Part shown: one piece after another, positions 44,128 to 55,269 of the stretch | How positions within the stretch are numbered: position 1 is the stretch's first letter | Layout: each line of letters starts with the position of its first letter | Origin: Hyaloraphidium curvatum SAG 235-1 | Taxonomy: Eukaryota > Fungi > Monoblepharomycota | Direction: 5' to 3' | Length of the DNA stretch: 64,000 bases | Assembly: GCA_025558095.1 (NCBI GenBank) | Contig: JAIVFI010000015.1 | Coordinates: forward strand, 558,001 to 622,000 | The notes under the pieces: generated by a model | Told to the model about the DNA's origin: nothing | Databases searched by the model: none | The model's input: the letters and a program-made list of their open reading frames with translations, nothing else | Program-made: the position numbers and the translations under genes

Positions 44128-47100
44128 TCACGGCGCACAATATACCCTCAGATCGTCCAGGAAGTTCATGTCCTTGACGACGATGTCCACCCCGTCGAAC
44201 GCCGGCGCGATCGCCGCCTCGGCGTCCGCGCCGCTGCCCTCCAGCTCGTCCGGCCCGTCCGCACCCAGGAACAGCCGCGACCTCCCCGCCTCGTAGTCGA
44301 TCTCCAGCACCGCGTCCCTGGTGCTCGTTATCGGCTTGCCCGAGCCCCACTCGCCCTCCAGGTTGGCACCCAGGATGGCCCACTCGCTCCCGTACGCGGC
44401 CCCCACGCCCCCGGCCACCGCCCCGCCGTCCTTCAGCCGGACGTTGGGCGCGCCGTCCCCCACCGCCCCAAAATTGGCCCTGAACGCCAGGTACCCGCGC
44501 CTGCACGAGTTTGCGTCCACCCGCGACGCCAGGGGGCGGAGGCACCCGCGCAGCGCCGCGCCCCCGGAGCCGCCGGTGCTCCCGACCGCGCGCTCGTTCC
44601 TGACGGCGAGGGAGGGGAACCACGTCGCGCTGCGCGACCAGGCGGCGGACCAGCCGCTGCCCCCCGAACGGCCGGCGAGGTCGCCGTTGGGATACGAAAA
44701 GGATTCGGAGGCCCTTTGGGTGGGGACGGGGCGCGCGGTCGTCGTGGTTGTCGTTGTCGTTGTTGTAGTCGTAGTTGTCTGTCGTTTTCCGGTGCCGTTG
44801 AGCGATGGGAACGGCAAGGTTCGGTGGGGGAAGGGTAAAGAGCAAAGGGGGCCGACCGTCAGCTTCCCCGTCAGCAAAATTCCCGCGAATCCACGCACCG
44901 TGGTGGTAGTGGTAGTCGTTGTAGTGGTCTGCGATTCGGCGGCGAGGGTTTCGAAGGGAGGGCAGGGGACGGCAATGTGCCCCGGGCGTGGGGGAACAAG
45001 GTCAGCTGCCGCGCGCCCGCAAAACTCCCCCGCAACGCACCGTGGTCGTCGTTGTTGTCGTCTCTGATGTCGTCGTAGTCGTTTCCGAGGTCGTGGTCTG
45101 CATGCGGAGCGGGCCACGGGCGGGGGGGGGGGGATGCGGGGACCCGGGGATGCGAAGGGGCATCGTCAGCATCCTGCGGCATCCTGCGCGCGAGGACATC
45201 CAGATCCAAAACGCACCGTGGTCGTCGTCGTCGTTTCGGAGGTCGTCGTGGTGGGTTCGGTGGTTGTTGTCTGCGGTTGGACGGGGTGCGGCGGGGTGGG
45301 ACGCGGGGACGGGGGAGAGGCCGAATCAGCCCCGGCGCACGGGATGATCGCGGCATGCAAAACGCACCGTGGTCGTCGTGGTGGCCTCGGACGTCGTCGT
45401 TGTAGTCGGCTCGGACGTCGTGGTCTGCATTTCGGATCGGGTGGCGAGGGCCCGCAAGGAAAGGCACCGTCAGGTCTCGCCCGCCGCGAAAACGCCCCAG
45501 CAAACGCACCGTCGTCGTCGTTGGCGGCGGGTCCGTGGTCGCGGGGGTGGTCTCGAAGGTCGTCGTCTGCGGTGCGGAACAGTGGGCGACGGTGCGGGGA
45601 TGCGAGGCGCAACGTCAACCTCCCGCGCGCAAATATCGCAACATGCAAACGCACCGTGGTCGTCTCCGAGCTCGTCGTCGTGGTTTCCGAGCTCGTCGTG
45701 GTGGTTTCGGGCGGCGCGGGCGTCGTCTCGACCGGCGGCGAGGTGGTCGGAGGCGGGGGCGGCGGATCGGTCGTCGACGGGGGCGCCTCGGTGGTCGGAG
45801 AGGGCACGTCCGAGGTCGTGGGGAGCGGAGGAGGTGCTTCCGTTGTTGTCGGAGGCGGGGGAGGCGGTTCGGTGGTTGTTGGAGGGGGAGGAGGGGGTTC
45901 GGTGGTGGGGGGGGGCGGCGGAGGCGCCTCGCTGGTGGTCGGAGGCGCCTCAGTGGTGGGAGAGGGCGCATCCGAGGTTGTTGGAGGCGGAGGCGGCGCT
46001 TCCGTAGTCACCGGTGGCACTTCCGTGGTTCTGGGAAGAGCATCGGTGGTCGTTGGCGGCTGAGGCGGGGCCGCCGTCGTGACAGGCGCATCGGTGGTCG
46101 GCAGCGGGGGTGGGGCCTCTGTTGTCACAGGAGGCGTCTCGGTGGTAGTGAATGCGTCCGTCGTCGACGCTGGCGGGGGAGGCGCATCGGTGGTCGGCAG
46201 CGGCGGCTCCGTGCTGATCGGCGGCGGGGGTGCTTCCGTCGTCGACGCGGGCGGAGGGGCCGCCTCAGTCGCGGTCAGAGGCGCGTCGGTCGACGAAGGA
46301 AGCACCGCGCTGGTCGACGCGGGCGGCGGCACGTCGCTGGTCGACAGCGGTGCTGCGCTGGTCGTCGCCGGCGCCACCGTGCTCTTGACGGACGCTTTGG
46401 TCGTCGCGGGTGCCGCCGTGCTCTTGACGGGCGCCTTCGTCGTCACCACGGGCGGGGGCGGCGCCTTGGTCGTCACGATGGGCGGCGGCGGCACCGCCGT
46501 CGGCCCCGGCGGCGCAACCGAAGTCGCGGGCGGCGGCAACGGCGGCACTTCCGTTTCCGGCGCCGGCGGGATCGGAGCTTCCGAGGTGGGTACGGGGCCA
46601 GGAGCCTCCTCCGTCGGCGCGAAGGTCGGTTCCGGGGCGGGGGCAAGCGGCGCCGCGGTCGTCGGCGCGGGGACGAGACCGGTGCTTCCAGCTTGAGGCG
46701 GTACGTCCGGGGTTGTCGCATCCAGTGCCGCCGTGGGGGTCACCGCGATCGGCGGCGCGGCGGATGTCGCCGGCAGAGCACCCGTGCTCGGCTCGGGAGC
46801 CGCGGTGCCCGTAGCCGGCGGCGCGGTCCCCAGCACCGACAGGACAGGCGTCGGCCTCGGCACGATGGGCAGGGTAACCGTCCGCTCCGCGTCCGATCCC
46901 GCGTCCTCCGTCTCCAGTGCGGCCACGGTGATGGTGCCCGTTCCGAGCGGCGTGTTGGGGACGCTGTCGTTGGGATCGGGTGCCGGTGCGGGTGTCCCCG
47001 TTGGGGAGGCCGCCGACGAGGGTTGCGGCGCGGGTTGGGGAGAGGCCGAGGGCACCGCTGCCGGGGCGGAGGTCCCCAAGAGCTGGGGCTGAGAGGCCGA

Positions 47101-47586
47101 GGGCACTGCCGGGGCACCCGTGGCCGATAGTGCCTGCGATGGCCGATTCGCCGGCGGCGAGGCCGTCCCGACTGTCTGGCTCGCCGCCTGCCCCGTGGTC
47201 CCCGTTTCAGCCTCCACGGTGCCGCTCGGCTGCAGCAGGGGCACCAGCGGCACGGGCGGGGGCGGCGCCGGCGGGGGCAGCTCGCGAGCGGCCTCAAAAT
47301 ACTCGTTCGCGTGCAGCAGCGGCGGCGCCTCGTGTTTGAACATCATCCGCTCCTCGTCGCGGACGATCTGCGCGAGCGACGGCGATCCCGGCAGGTGCCC
47401 GCGCATGGCGCTCTCTGCGGCGGCGCCGGCCTTTTTCTGGTGCGTGTGCGCGAAGTTCACGCGGGCCATGGCCGCCATCATGAACCGGCGCTCCATGGGG
47501 CGCCGCGGCACCGCGACGCCGCCGGCCACCCCGGCCAATGCAGCCAGCGCAGCCAGCAGCCACGCCAACGCCACCGCGGCCCGCAT
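44128..47586 (-). CDS. Secreted mucin-like Pro/Thr-rich protein with globular C-terminal domain, 7 exons
   Basis: Signal peptide at 47586 and a long exon to 45655. Mini-exons 45566-45510, 45424-45368, 45270-45217, 45097-45041, 44928-44899. Last exon 44778-44128 (ESFSYPNGDLAGRSGGSGWSAAW...FLDDLRV). Confidence 0.85.
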
Positions 47587-47695
47587 CTCGGCGTCGGGCT
47601 GCGGGCGGCCTCGTCGGGAGAACAGCGGCCAAGCCCCTCAAGGGATTGGATCGGCCGACAGTTGCACCGCCAATCAGGTCCACCCATCGCTCGCG

Positions 47696-48964
47696 ATGCC
47701 GGCGTCTGTGGGCCGCCGGCCACCGCGGGGGCGCCTCCTCGCCGCGATCGCCGTCTTGGCGGGGCTGCTGGCCGCCGCCGCCGCGCCCGCCGATGCCTTT
47801 GTTTCGACCGGCGGAGTGGTCCCTCGACTGGACGACCCGCCCGAGAACTCGACCGTCGTGCTCGTCGGCATATTCGTGCGCAAGGTGTACGACTTCGATC
47901 CGACCACGGACACGTACCAGGTCACCTTCGACCTGTGGCTGACCTGGCCGGACGCCGGCCCCAACGGCACCGACCCCTCGCAGTCGGTCTCGATCTCCAA
48001 CGCCGTCGACCTCGGCTCCGCCGTGCTCAGCCGCGCATTCGACGCCCCCCGCGCAGCCAACGGCACCCTGACCGCGCTCTTCCGCGCGCAGGCCCGCCTG
48101 GCCCGGGTCTTCGACATGCGGCCCTTCCCCGCCGACCGCCACACGCTCGACATCGTCATCGAGGACGAGTCGGACCCGACAAACTACTACCTCCCCGACG
48201 AGGCCCGCTCCGGCTTCGGCGCCGGCTTCTCGATCCCCGGCTGGCTCGCCGGGCCCATGCGCGCCGTGCCCGCGCTGCACGACTACGCCACGGACTTCGG
48301 CACCTTCCCAAACGGCACCCTGTTCCCCGCCGCGGTCTTCAGCATCCCCATCTCCCGCGGAAACTTCCTCCTCGCGTGGCAGCTCGTCCCCCTCATCTTC
48401 GTCCTGTGCCTCTCGTGGCTCAGCCTGCTGATCAACCCCGCCCGCGCCGACTCGCGGATCGCCCTCGCCACCACCGCCCTCCTCACCGCCGTCTTTTTGC
48501 AACAGGCTGCGCTGTCTCTCTTCAACCGCACCTACCTCGTACTCCTCGACCAGCTGTACGCCATGGCCTACGCCTTCTTCGCCGCAAATCTCATTATGGT
48601 CCTCTTGGACGAGCTGCAGTACTCCGAATTCTTCGAGAACCCGATCCGCAACGAACCCCGCGCGCAGCGCGACCTCGAGGACGCGGCGGAGGGTGCCGAC
48701 AAGCCCGACGGCGAATCCGTCCTCCTCGTGCCCAACCCCGCTCCCCCCGAACTGCCCGCCGGCGAATCCCCCCGCGAGCCGTGGTTCGCCCCCCTCTCGC
48801 GCGGGCGCAGGGGGTGCAGGCAGTGCCTGGGCCCGTGGTTCCTCCCGCGCACGGCGGAGGGCGCCGCGGCGGCGATCAAGACGAGGGACCTGGCGCTGCT
48901 GGCGGCGGAGCTCGTGGCGTTCCCGGTGGCGACGGGGATCCTGTGCGGCACGGCGATGAACTAG
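47696..48964 (+). CDS. Pentameric ligand-gated ion channel, Cys-less (GLIC/ELIC-like Pro-loop type), intronless
   Basis: Signal peptide, VLVGIFVRKVYDFD..TYQVTFDLWLTW, Pro-loop FDMRPFPADRHTLDIVIE, IPGW, M1 LVPLIFVLCLSWLSLLI, M2 DSRIALATTALLTAVFLQ, M3 YLVLLDQLYAMAY, M4 at the C-terminus. Confidence 0.88.
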   Translation: MPASVGRRPPRGRLLAAIAVLAGLLAAAAAPADAFVSTGGVVPRLDDPPENSTVVLVGIFVRKVYDFDPTTDTYQVTFDLWLTWPDAGPNGTDPSQSVSISNAVDLGSAVLSRAFDAPRAANGTLTALFRAQARLARVFDMRPFPADRHTLDIVIEDESDPTNYYLPDEARSGFGAGFSIPGWLAGPMRAVPALHDYATDFGTFPNGTLFPAAVFSIPISRGNFLLAWQLVPLIFVLCLSWLSLLINPARADSRIALATTALLTAVFLQQAALSLFNRTYLVLLDQLYAMAYAFFAANLIMVLLDELQYSEFFENPIRNEPRAQRDLEDAAEGADKPDGESVLLVPNPAPPELPAGESPREPWFAPLSRGRRGCRQCLGPWFLPRTAEGAAAAIKTRDLALLAAELVAFPVATGILCGTAMN

Positions 48965-49419
48965 GCGCGCAGGACGGGGATGTGGACGGCCGGACCGCCG
49001 CGCGGCGCGTGTGGATGGCATGGGAAGGCGCGGCGGGCAAAGCCGTGCCTCGGTTGGATGCAAGCATGGTGTATGGTTATTCCGGAGTATGAGGAATCGC
49101 GTTTCGATGCCGCGATGCCATCCCTGCCGGGATCTCGTCTAGGAGGCTGGTGAGCTGAGCCCCCGATGGGGACGCTCTTCGGACATCCCTACTGCAGCAT
49201 CGCGATCCGTTTCGCGCCGAGAAGAGAAATGCTAGCTCTTCGGGAAGTCGGAATCACTTGTAGGACCGAGCAGGTCAAGATCCGGGTGAGTTTCTTGGAT
49301 GAGCGCGGACGATGGCGCGCGTTACGCATTCCGCGCGCCATCTGCGACACAAAAGCACCCCTTGACGACTCCGCATCAAACGAATCTACTCCCCTACTGC
49401 CAATCTCTTCTTCGCCTGC

Positions 49420-51333
49420 ATGGCTGACGCTGCCGGAGACGCGCCCGCTCCGCGCGACCGACGCAAGCGGAGCGCCGCTGCGCTGCCCGACGCCGGGGCC
49501 AAGCGCCGGCGCCACCCGGGGCACGTGCTCAGCTCGGCGCGCGCCGTCGCCCTCGCGAGCTCCGTCGTGGAAGCCGTGCGGCGCGCGGTCGGGGCGCCAC
49601 GCGAGACAGACAACCCGCACACGCCCGAGGCCGCGTACCGCCGCGCGATGGACCACAAGGACGGCACGGGCCTGCGGGAAGAGGACCCGGCCGAAGCCGC
49701 GCGGTGGTTCGCGAGAGCTGCGCAGGGCGGCCACGTCGGGGCCGCGGTGGAGCTCGCGTGGATGTGCTGGGAGGGCGAGGGGATGGACGGCAAGGACTTG
49801 GATGCGTATGCGCGGCTGGCCGCGTTTGCGGCCGAGAAGGGCCACGTCGACGCGATGGTGATGCTCGCGGGCGCGTACAAGTTTGGCGACGGCGTCGAAG
49901 AGGACTCGGATCAGGCCTACTACTGGTTCCGGCGCGCGGCGGGGGAGGGCGACGTGCCGGCCATGACCGAAGCCGCACGCATCCTGCTCGAGAGCCCTAC
50001 CCGCTCCTCCGACGACGTCGAAGAAGCGTTGCAGCTGCTCCGAGGCGCAGCGGACCCGCAAGAGGCCAATGACACAGACGCGCAGCTCATGCTAGGGGAA
50101 CTGCACTTCAAGGGCGAGCTGGTGCCGCGGAACCTGGTCGAAGCCAGGAGCTGGCTGGAACTCGCGGCGGTCAAGCGCGGCGTCGACCATGGGCTGCTCC
50201 CCGAAGACGAAAAGGAGGAATACTACCAGGCCGAGCACATGGCGATGAACGAGGCGGCGCCGCTCCTGGAGCAAGTAAAGGAAATGCTGAAGGAGGAGTT
50301 GTGGCAGGCGCAGGAGGCTTTGGCGAGGATGAGGATCGTCTACTCGGATCTAGTCTTCGACGAAGGACCGCCTTTTGCCCGGGGTGGGTTCGGAGAAGTG
50401 CATCGGGCCGTTCTCAAGGGGGCGACCGCGGTGGCGGTCAAGAGAATCACAAGGAACGACTTGCGGGCTAGGGGGATCTTCAAGGACGAAGTTACCGCGT
50501 GGATCTCGCTTGTGCACTCAAACAGTGAGCACCTCATCGGCTCCGAGGTCCCCGGCTGACCCGCCTTCTCCGCCGCAGTCAACCCGCTCATGGCCTTCTG
50601 TGACAGTCCCCTCCTCATGGTATCGGAACTGTGCCCCGACGGCAACATGCAGACGTATCTGTCCAAGCAAAACTGGGCTCCCGCGCTCGGCGCCTCCCTC
50701 CTCGCCGGCGTCGCCCAAGGCATGGCCCACCTGCACTCCCACGACATCATCCACGGCGACCTCAAATGCGCCAACGTGCTCGTCGGCCGCGGCGGAACCG
50801 CGCGGATCTCGGATTTCGGACTGGCGAAGCTGCGGCGCACCGTTGCGGCCGGGACCGGGAACGGTGCGGGCCCGGGCGGGACGCCCGCGTTCATGGCGCC
50901 GGAGCTGCTCTCGGGAGGCGAGCCGGAGAAGCCTTCGGATGTGTACGCGTACGCCATGCTGTGCTACGAGGTCGTCACCAAGGGGATGATGCCGTTCTTT
51001 GGGCACCGCATGCCGGGGCTCGATAGCATCTTGGCTAAAATGGCTTTGGCGATGGACAAGGAAAAGGTGCTCCGAGGCGAGAGGCCCAAGGATCACCTTG
51101 ATGCGGCCGAGGAGGGACTGCTGGTGGAGATCATGGACAAGTGCTGGCAGCAGGATCCAAGGGAAAGGCCGCGGTTCGTGGATGTCGCGAAGATAATGGA
51201 GGACGTGGCCGTTGAGGCCCGACTGATGGCAGATGGTGCAACGGCGTCATTTTCGGAGCTAAGCAGGTCGTATTCAGGAGCAGGCGGCGAAGACGGGGGA
51301 TCGATGGCGCCAGCCAATAATGTAACCAAATAG
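49420..51333 (+). CDS. Sel1-like repeats + TKL-type protein kinase
   Basis: Sel1 repeats (EAARWFARAAQGGH, QAYYWFRRAAGEGD, EARSWLELAA). Kinase motifs GGFGEV, VAVK, HGDLKCANVL, DFG, GTPAFMAPE, SDVYAY. Intron near 50525-50577. Confidence 0.92.
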
Positions 51334-53230
51334 CTCGAAGCAGGTTGCCGACTGCCCGCGCGCGAAGAAAACAACGCGCCCCAAAGCGAGCAGTGCCGCA
51401 GTGCTCGAGGTCACTGGATTACCTCCTGAGCCCGGAGGCCCAAGAGCGGGAGGTCTGCCAACTCCCAACCGATGCCCTCGCCTTACCGGTCTCTTGGCGA
51501 GCGGCGGCCCCGGTCGACGTCGACGTTGACGTTACTCACGGAATGGCACGCGGGGGCGGGCGATCGGCGATTGCGCCATGCCGAAGCCGCTCACTGCCAC
51601 AAGCCTCTGCCGGTTGGCGTTGCGCTAGCAGGCGATCGCGCAACGCAGAACCTGCTGAGGCAGGGCGCCCATGGAGGCGAACAACAGGCCAGTACCGTCG
51701 ACGTTGATTCCCAAGACCAGCGGCAAGGACCGGGCTTGGATGATTTCGAAAAACCCCCGTAGGCGCGCTGGTTGGCACTGCCGCAGTCGTGCAAGAACGA
51801 AACGTAGCAGGCGGCGGAGTGAGAGCCAAGGACCAGTCCGTGTGTACGGAATGAAGCCCTGGTTGGAAGAGACGGAAGGGGCCAAGTGGCGATCGGAGAG
51901 TATAGTGCGGTTGAATCCAGAGGTCACGTAGCCGGGCACGTGCTGGAGCACCTCGCCGACCACGAGTCTGAGCAGCCCCTCCAGGCGCGGCATGTCGAAC
52001 CGGTTGAAGTACGACGGCTTCTTGGGCAGCTTGGGCTCGCCATAGCGGGTCGCGTTCCAGGGGTGCACGTAGTGCGCCCGGAGCTTGAGCGTCGCCTCGC
52101 GGAAGGTGTCGGCAGCCGGTTCAAGCGGTCCCTGTAATGTTCCCGCCAGTGCCAGGCGGACGACTGGCCGGTGCTCAAGGCAGTCCGCGACGGGATGGGA
52201 TCCAGCTGCGTCTAGCCTCGATCGGCCGTGCTGTTGCGCGGTCGTGGATCCGTATCTTGAGCGGGTCACCGTCGTCGCCGAAGGGTACGAGGAGGATATA
52301 ATTTGGTACTCTATCAATGCTATGCGCTGGCCTAACCCTATTAAATTAGGGGAACCTCAAGCTGAGCTGCCGCATCGTCGGCCGCGGTCGAAGTCGGGGG
52401 TCGTCGGGCTGTGCGCCGAGCGGCTCGTACGTCCCTCACGGCTACGGATGAGGGGCCGTCCCTCCGCCCATGCAGGTTGGCAGCGGGGTAACCCATACGA
52501 CCGGCCGTGGGACAACATCCGATGATCCAGTCGTCGAGTTCCTGGAGCTCGGCACTCCAGCGCGGCCACCCTGGCGGAAAGGCTGGACGGACACCCCGCG
52601 GGATCGCCCGCGCCACGGATCAGGTGCGCGGCGAAAACTCCATCATTTGCTCCCGTGTTGTGCCTCTGCCGGGAGGAACGGAATGGAGATTGCGCGCAAG
52701 GGCGTTCGGGAACTCATCCCTCAAAGGGACCTTTCCCTCGGAATGGTCCCCGCGCCGGTCGCTTTTGGTTTGAATGTAGATGAGGAACTGATTCTTGGGG
52801 CGTAGGGGGACTTTTAAGTGTTTGGTGGGATTGCTAGCTCCTCATTACACACGACGCGCACCTCGGGAGACATCCCGCAACCTCTCTTCCCCGGCTACAG
52901 TCAAGTACATTCAGCGCCGTTCGCTTATTCACATCCAGGGCCTATCCGACCCGAAGAGCCAAGCGGGATTCGCGCGCCGGGTTAGAGCTTCAGGCCCGGT
53001 TCTGACCCGGACCGTCGCACACCACATAAAGGCGAGGCCGAGAGCCGTAGACAGAGACTGAAGCTGCCCGCTGTACTGCGCCCGTATAGAACTGTACTAA
53101 CGGATTGGTCCGCACACCGCCTCGCGGGGCGTCACTCCTGCCATCTGGCTCGGCACCGCCGAGACGCGGCCTCACCGCCGCCGCCCGTCGCCGCTGGGCT
53201 GGACGGAGCCCGGGCTGCCGTCCGCCGCCC

Positions 53231-53638
53231 GCGAGCTGCAGCTGCAGCGCCACGTAGGGCTCGTTGGCGGTGGGGATCGAGGTGCCGGCTAGCCCGCGGG
53301 CGGCGTCGCGGTGCCGTTTCAGCATGTCCGAAAGGAGCAGGTCGACGGCGCGGTGCTGCATGCGGCCGGCGAGCTTGAGCATCTGCGGGTTGGGGGAGTT
53401 GTGGGCGAGGAAGATGTGCGTAGGGAGCGTCTACAGCATGGCTGGCTGCATGATCCCGGGTTCGCGGGAGCACCAATCAGAGGACGATCTGACCGGCTAG
53501 GCCATCCATCCACCCATCGTAGAGGACAAAGACGAGGATCCTCCCCCAAGTCGACCATATGAGCGGGGTGAACGTGAACATGACGTAGATGGTCCAGTTG
53601 GAGAACACCTTGCCCAGGGACTCAACGACGAGCTCCGT
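53231..53638 (-). pseudogene. Degenerate internal duplicate (copy D') of the 7-TM gene at 55270-56850
   Basis: Highly similar to 55754-56172 (TELVVE.LGKVFSNWTIYV; MLKLAGRMQHRAVDLLLSDML; EPYVALQLQLA), truncated at both ends and carrying indels. Confidence 0.88.
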
Positions 53639-54016
53639 GCCCAAATTCGCCGTCTGCTGATCCATCTCTGGAATCGAGATCCTCGCTGAATGCGGCGTCG
53701 GGATGATTTAGGGATTGTTGCAGGTGCCGATCGTCCTCGCACGATTGGGCCTGGATCCAGAAGCGGCTGGGGATCCCATCGCTCCAGATAGCGAAAGAGG
53801 TTTGTCGCAAACCGACTCATGCCACTGCACACTCCTCGACAGACCATTACCTGGCATAGACGGCGCGGGTTCCGCGAGCGTACTTTCCAAAGATTTCTTC
53901 GTCGGGGAGATTTCGAGCATCAGCCGCCATGGTGTGTCACTAGCCCTCTGCCGTGAGGGACGAGGACACAGATCCCCCAAAAAAACCTGTTCCGCGACCA
54001 AAGCACTGCCACCACG

Positions 54017-54959
54017 ATGAAGCTCCTGGCGCTCTTTCTTCTCGCCGCTGTGGCCGCCGCCGCGGCGCCGCACGCTTCCGCCGCGCCGTCGGTTACCGTA
54101 GAGTCCCCGCGCCACATCGCACCCTGACGTCCTCTTCTACACAGGGCCGCCAACAACGCCGTGGTGTACCGCCGCAGTTGCAGCGAGTGCTCCGACGACG
54201 TCGGCACGTTCTGGTGGGCGCCCTCCGGCCGGCGTGGTGCGGGATCCCGGACTGACTCACTTCGACAGCGAGTTCAACTACCCGGGGGCCCCCGAAAACT
54301 CTGTCGCCTGCGTCAGCTACAGCGCCGGCCCCCGCGAGCTGTACAGGCGCTATACCCCCCCCGTGTGCCCCCAGGGCGGCTATGTCTCGGCGATATTCAC
54401 CGGACCCAACTACGCCTACGTGGACAGCGAGAGCTACAACGGAGCCGGCTCGATTGCGGTTGTTTTCAGCACCGGATCATCTGTCGTTCCCTGCAACAAG
54501 GTAAGCGGGCAGGGGCGCCCGCGGCTCCCAGTGCTGACCATTGCGCCCCGTTAGATCACTGGTGTCGTCCCGACATATCAAAACACCGGTACCGTCGGTT
54601 CCTCGGTCAGTTTCCGTCTCGACCTCCGCGGCGTGTCGGGGGGTCTGCCCTCGTCCACGCTCTATGCCTCCGACACGATCAGCTTCACCTCCGCGGCCGG
54701 CGGAGACCTGATCATCATCGGCACGCAGCTGACAAACATCGGAGCATACGTTCTTTCGCCTTCAACTCAGTACGCGCTCGTGATGTACGACCTCCAGGTC
54801 GTCGGGGGTGCGAGCACGTCGATCTGGGTGCTTAAGAACGACGCCACATCCCCTTCCACCTCCGTCACCTATGCCCAGGGATTCAACAGCGCCTCGTACG
54901 TCAAGGACGGGGCCACCTATGCGGGCACCATCGCCCTCTCGTTCGGCTTCTCCTTCTGA
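54017..54959 (+). CDS. Secreted protein with small Cys module and a beta-rich C-terminal domain
   Basis: Signal peptide MKLLALFLLAAVAAAAA and three introns. The module AVVYRRSC..C / YPGAPENSVACVSY..LYRRY is shared with the gene at 26903-27639. Confidence 0.7.
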
Positions 54960-55269
54960 GTTGGTCGAGCGGCTGGGTGAAGGCAGCGGGGAATTATTTG
55001 GCTCTAAGGGAAAAGGGTGTACACTCGAGAGAACGAGTTCTGGTCATCGTTATACGAATAGCTGAACTTTGGGAAACCGAATCGTGCACATTTTAGCCTC
55101 CTGCTTTTGTTTGATTCTCTCAATGAATCAATGTGAACAATTGGAGGACAATGCGAAGGTTCCCCATCTCCACGATCTTGAGCAGGGTCGGCGACGTAGG
55201 TCCTGTCGGCAAAGGTCCAATCAGATCGTACAGCATTTCCAGCCCCTCATTCGGCGGCCCACGACCGCT

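Noticed and set aside
44779-45654. Regularly spaced repeat-spacer pattern superficially like a CRISPR array
   Set aside because: The repeats are degenerate Thr-codon exons bounded by splice signals and the 'spacers' are introns. No cas genes; eukaryotic context.
47120-47695. N-terminal 190 aa of the 614-aa ORF as part of the ion channel
   Set aside because: It is antisense to the mucin gene; the signal peptide starts at ATG 47696.
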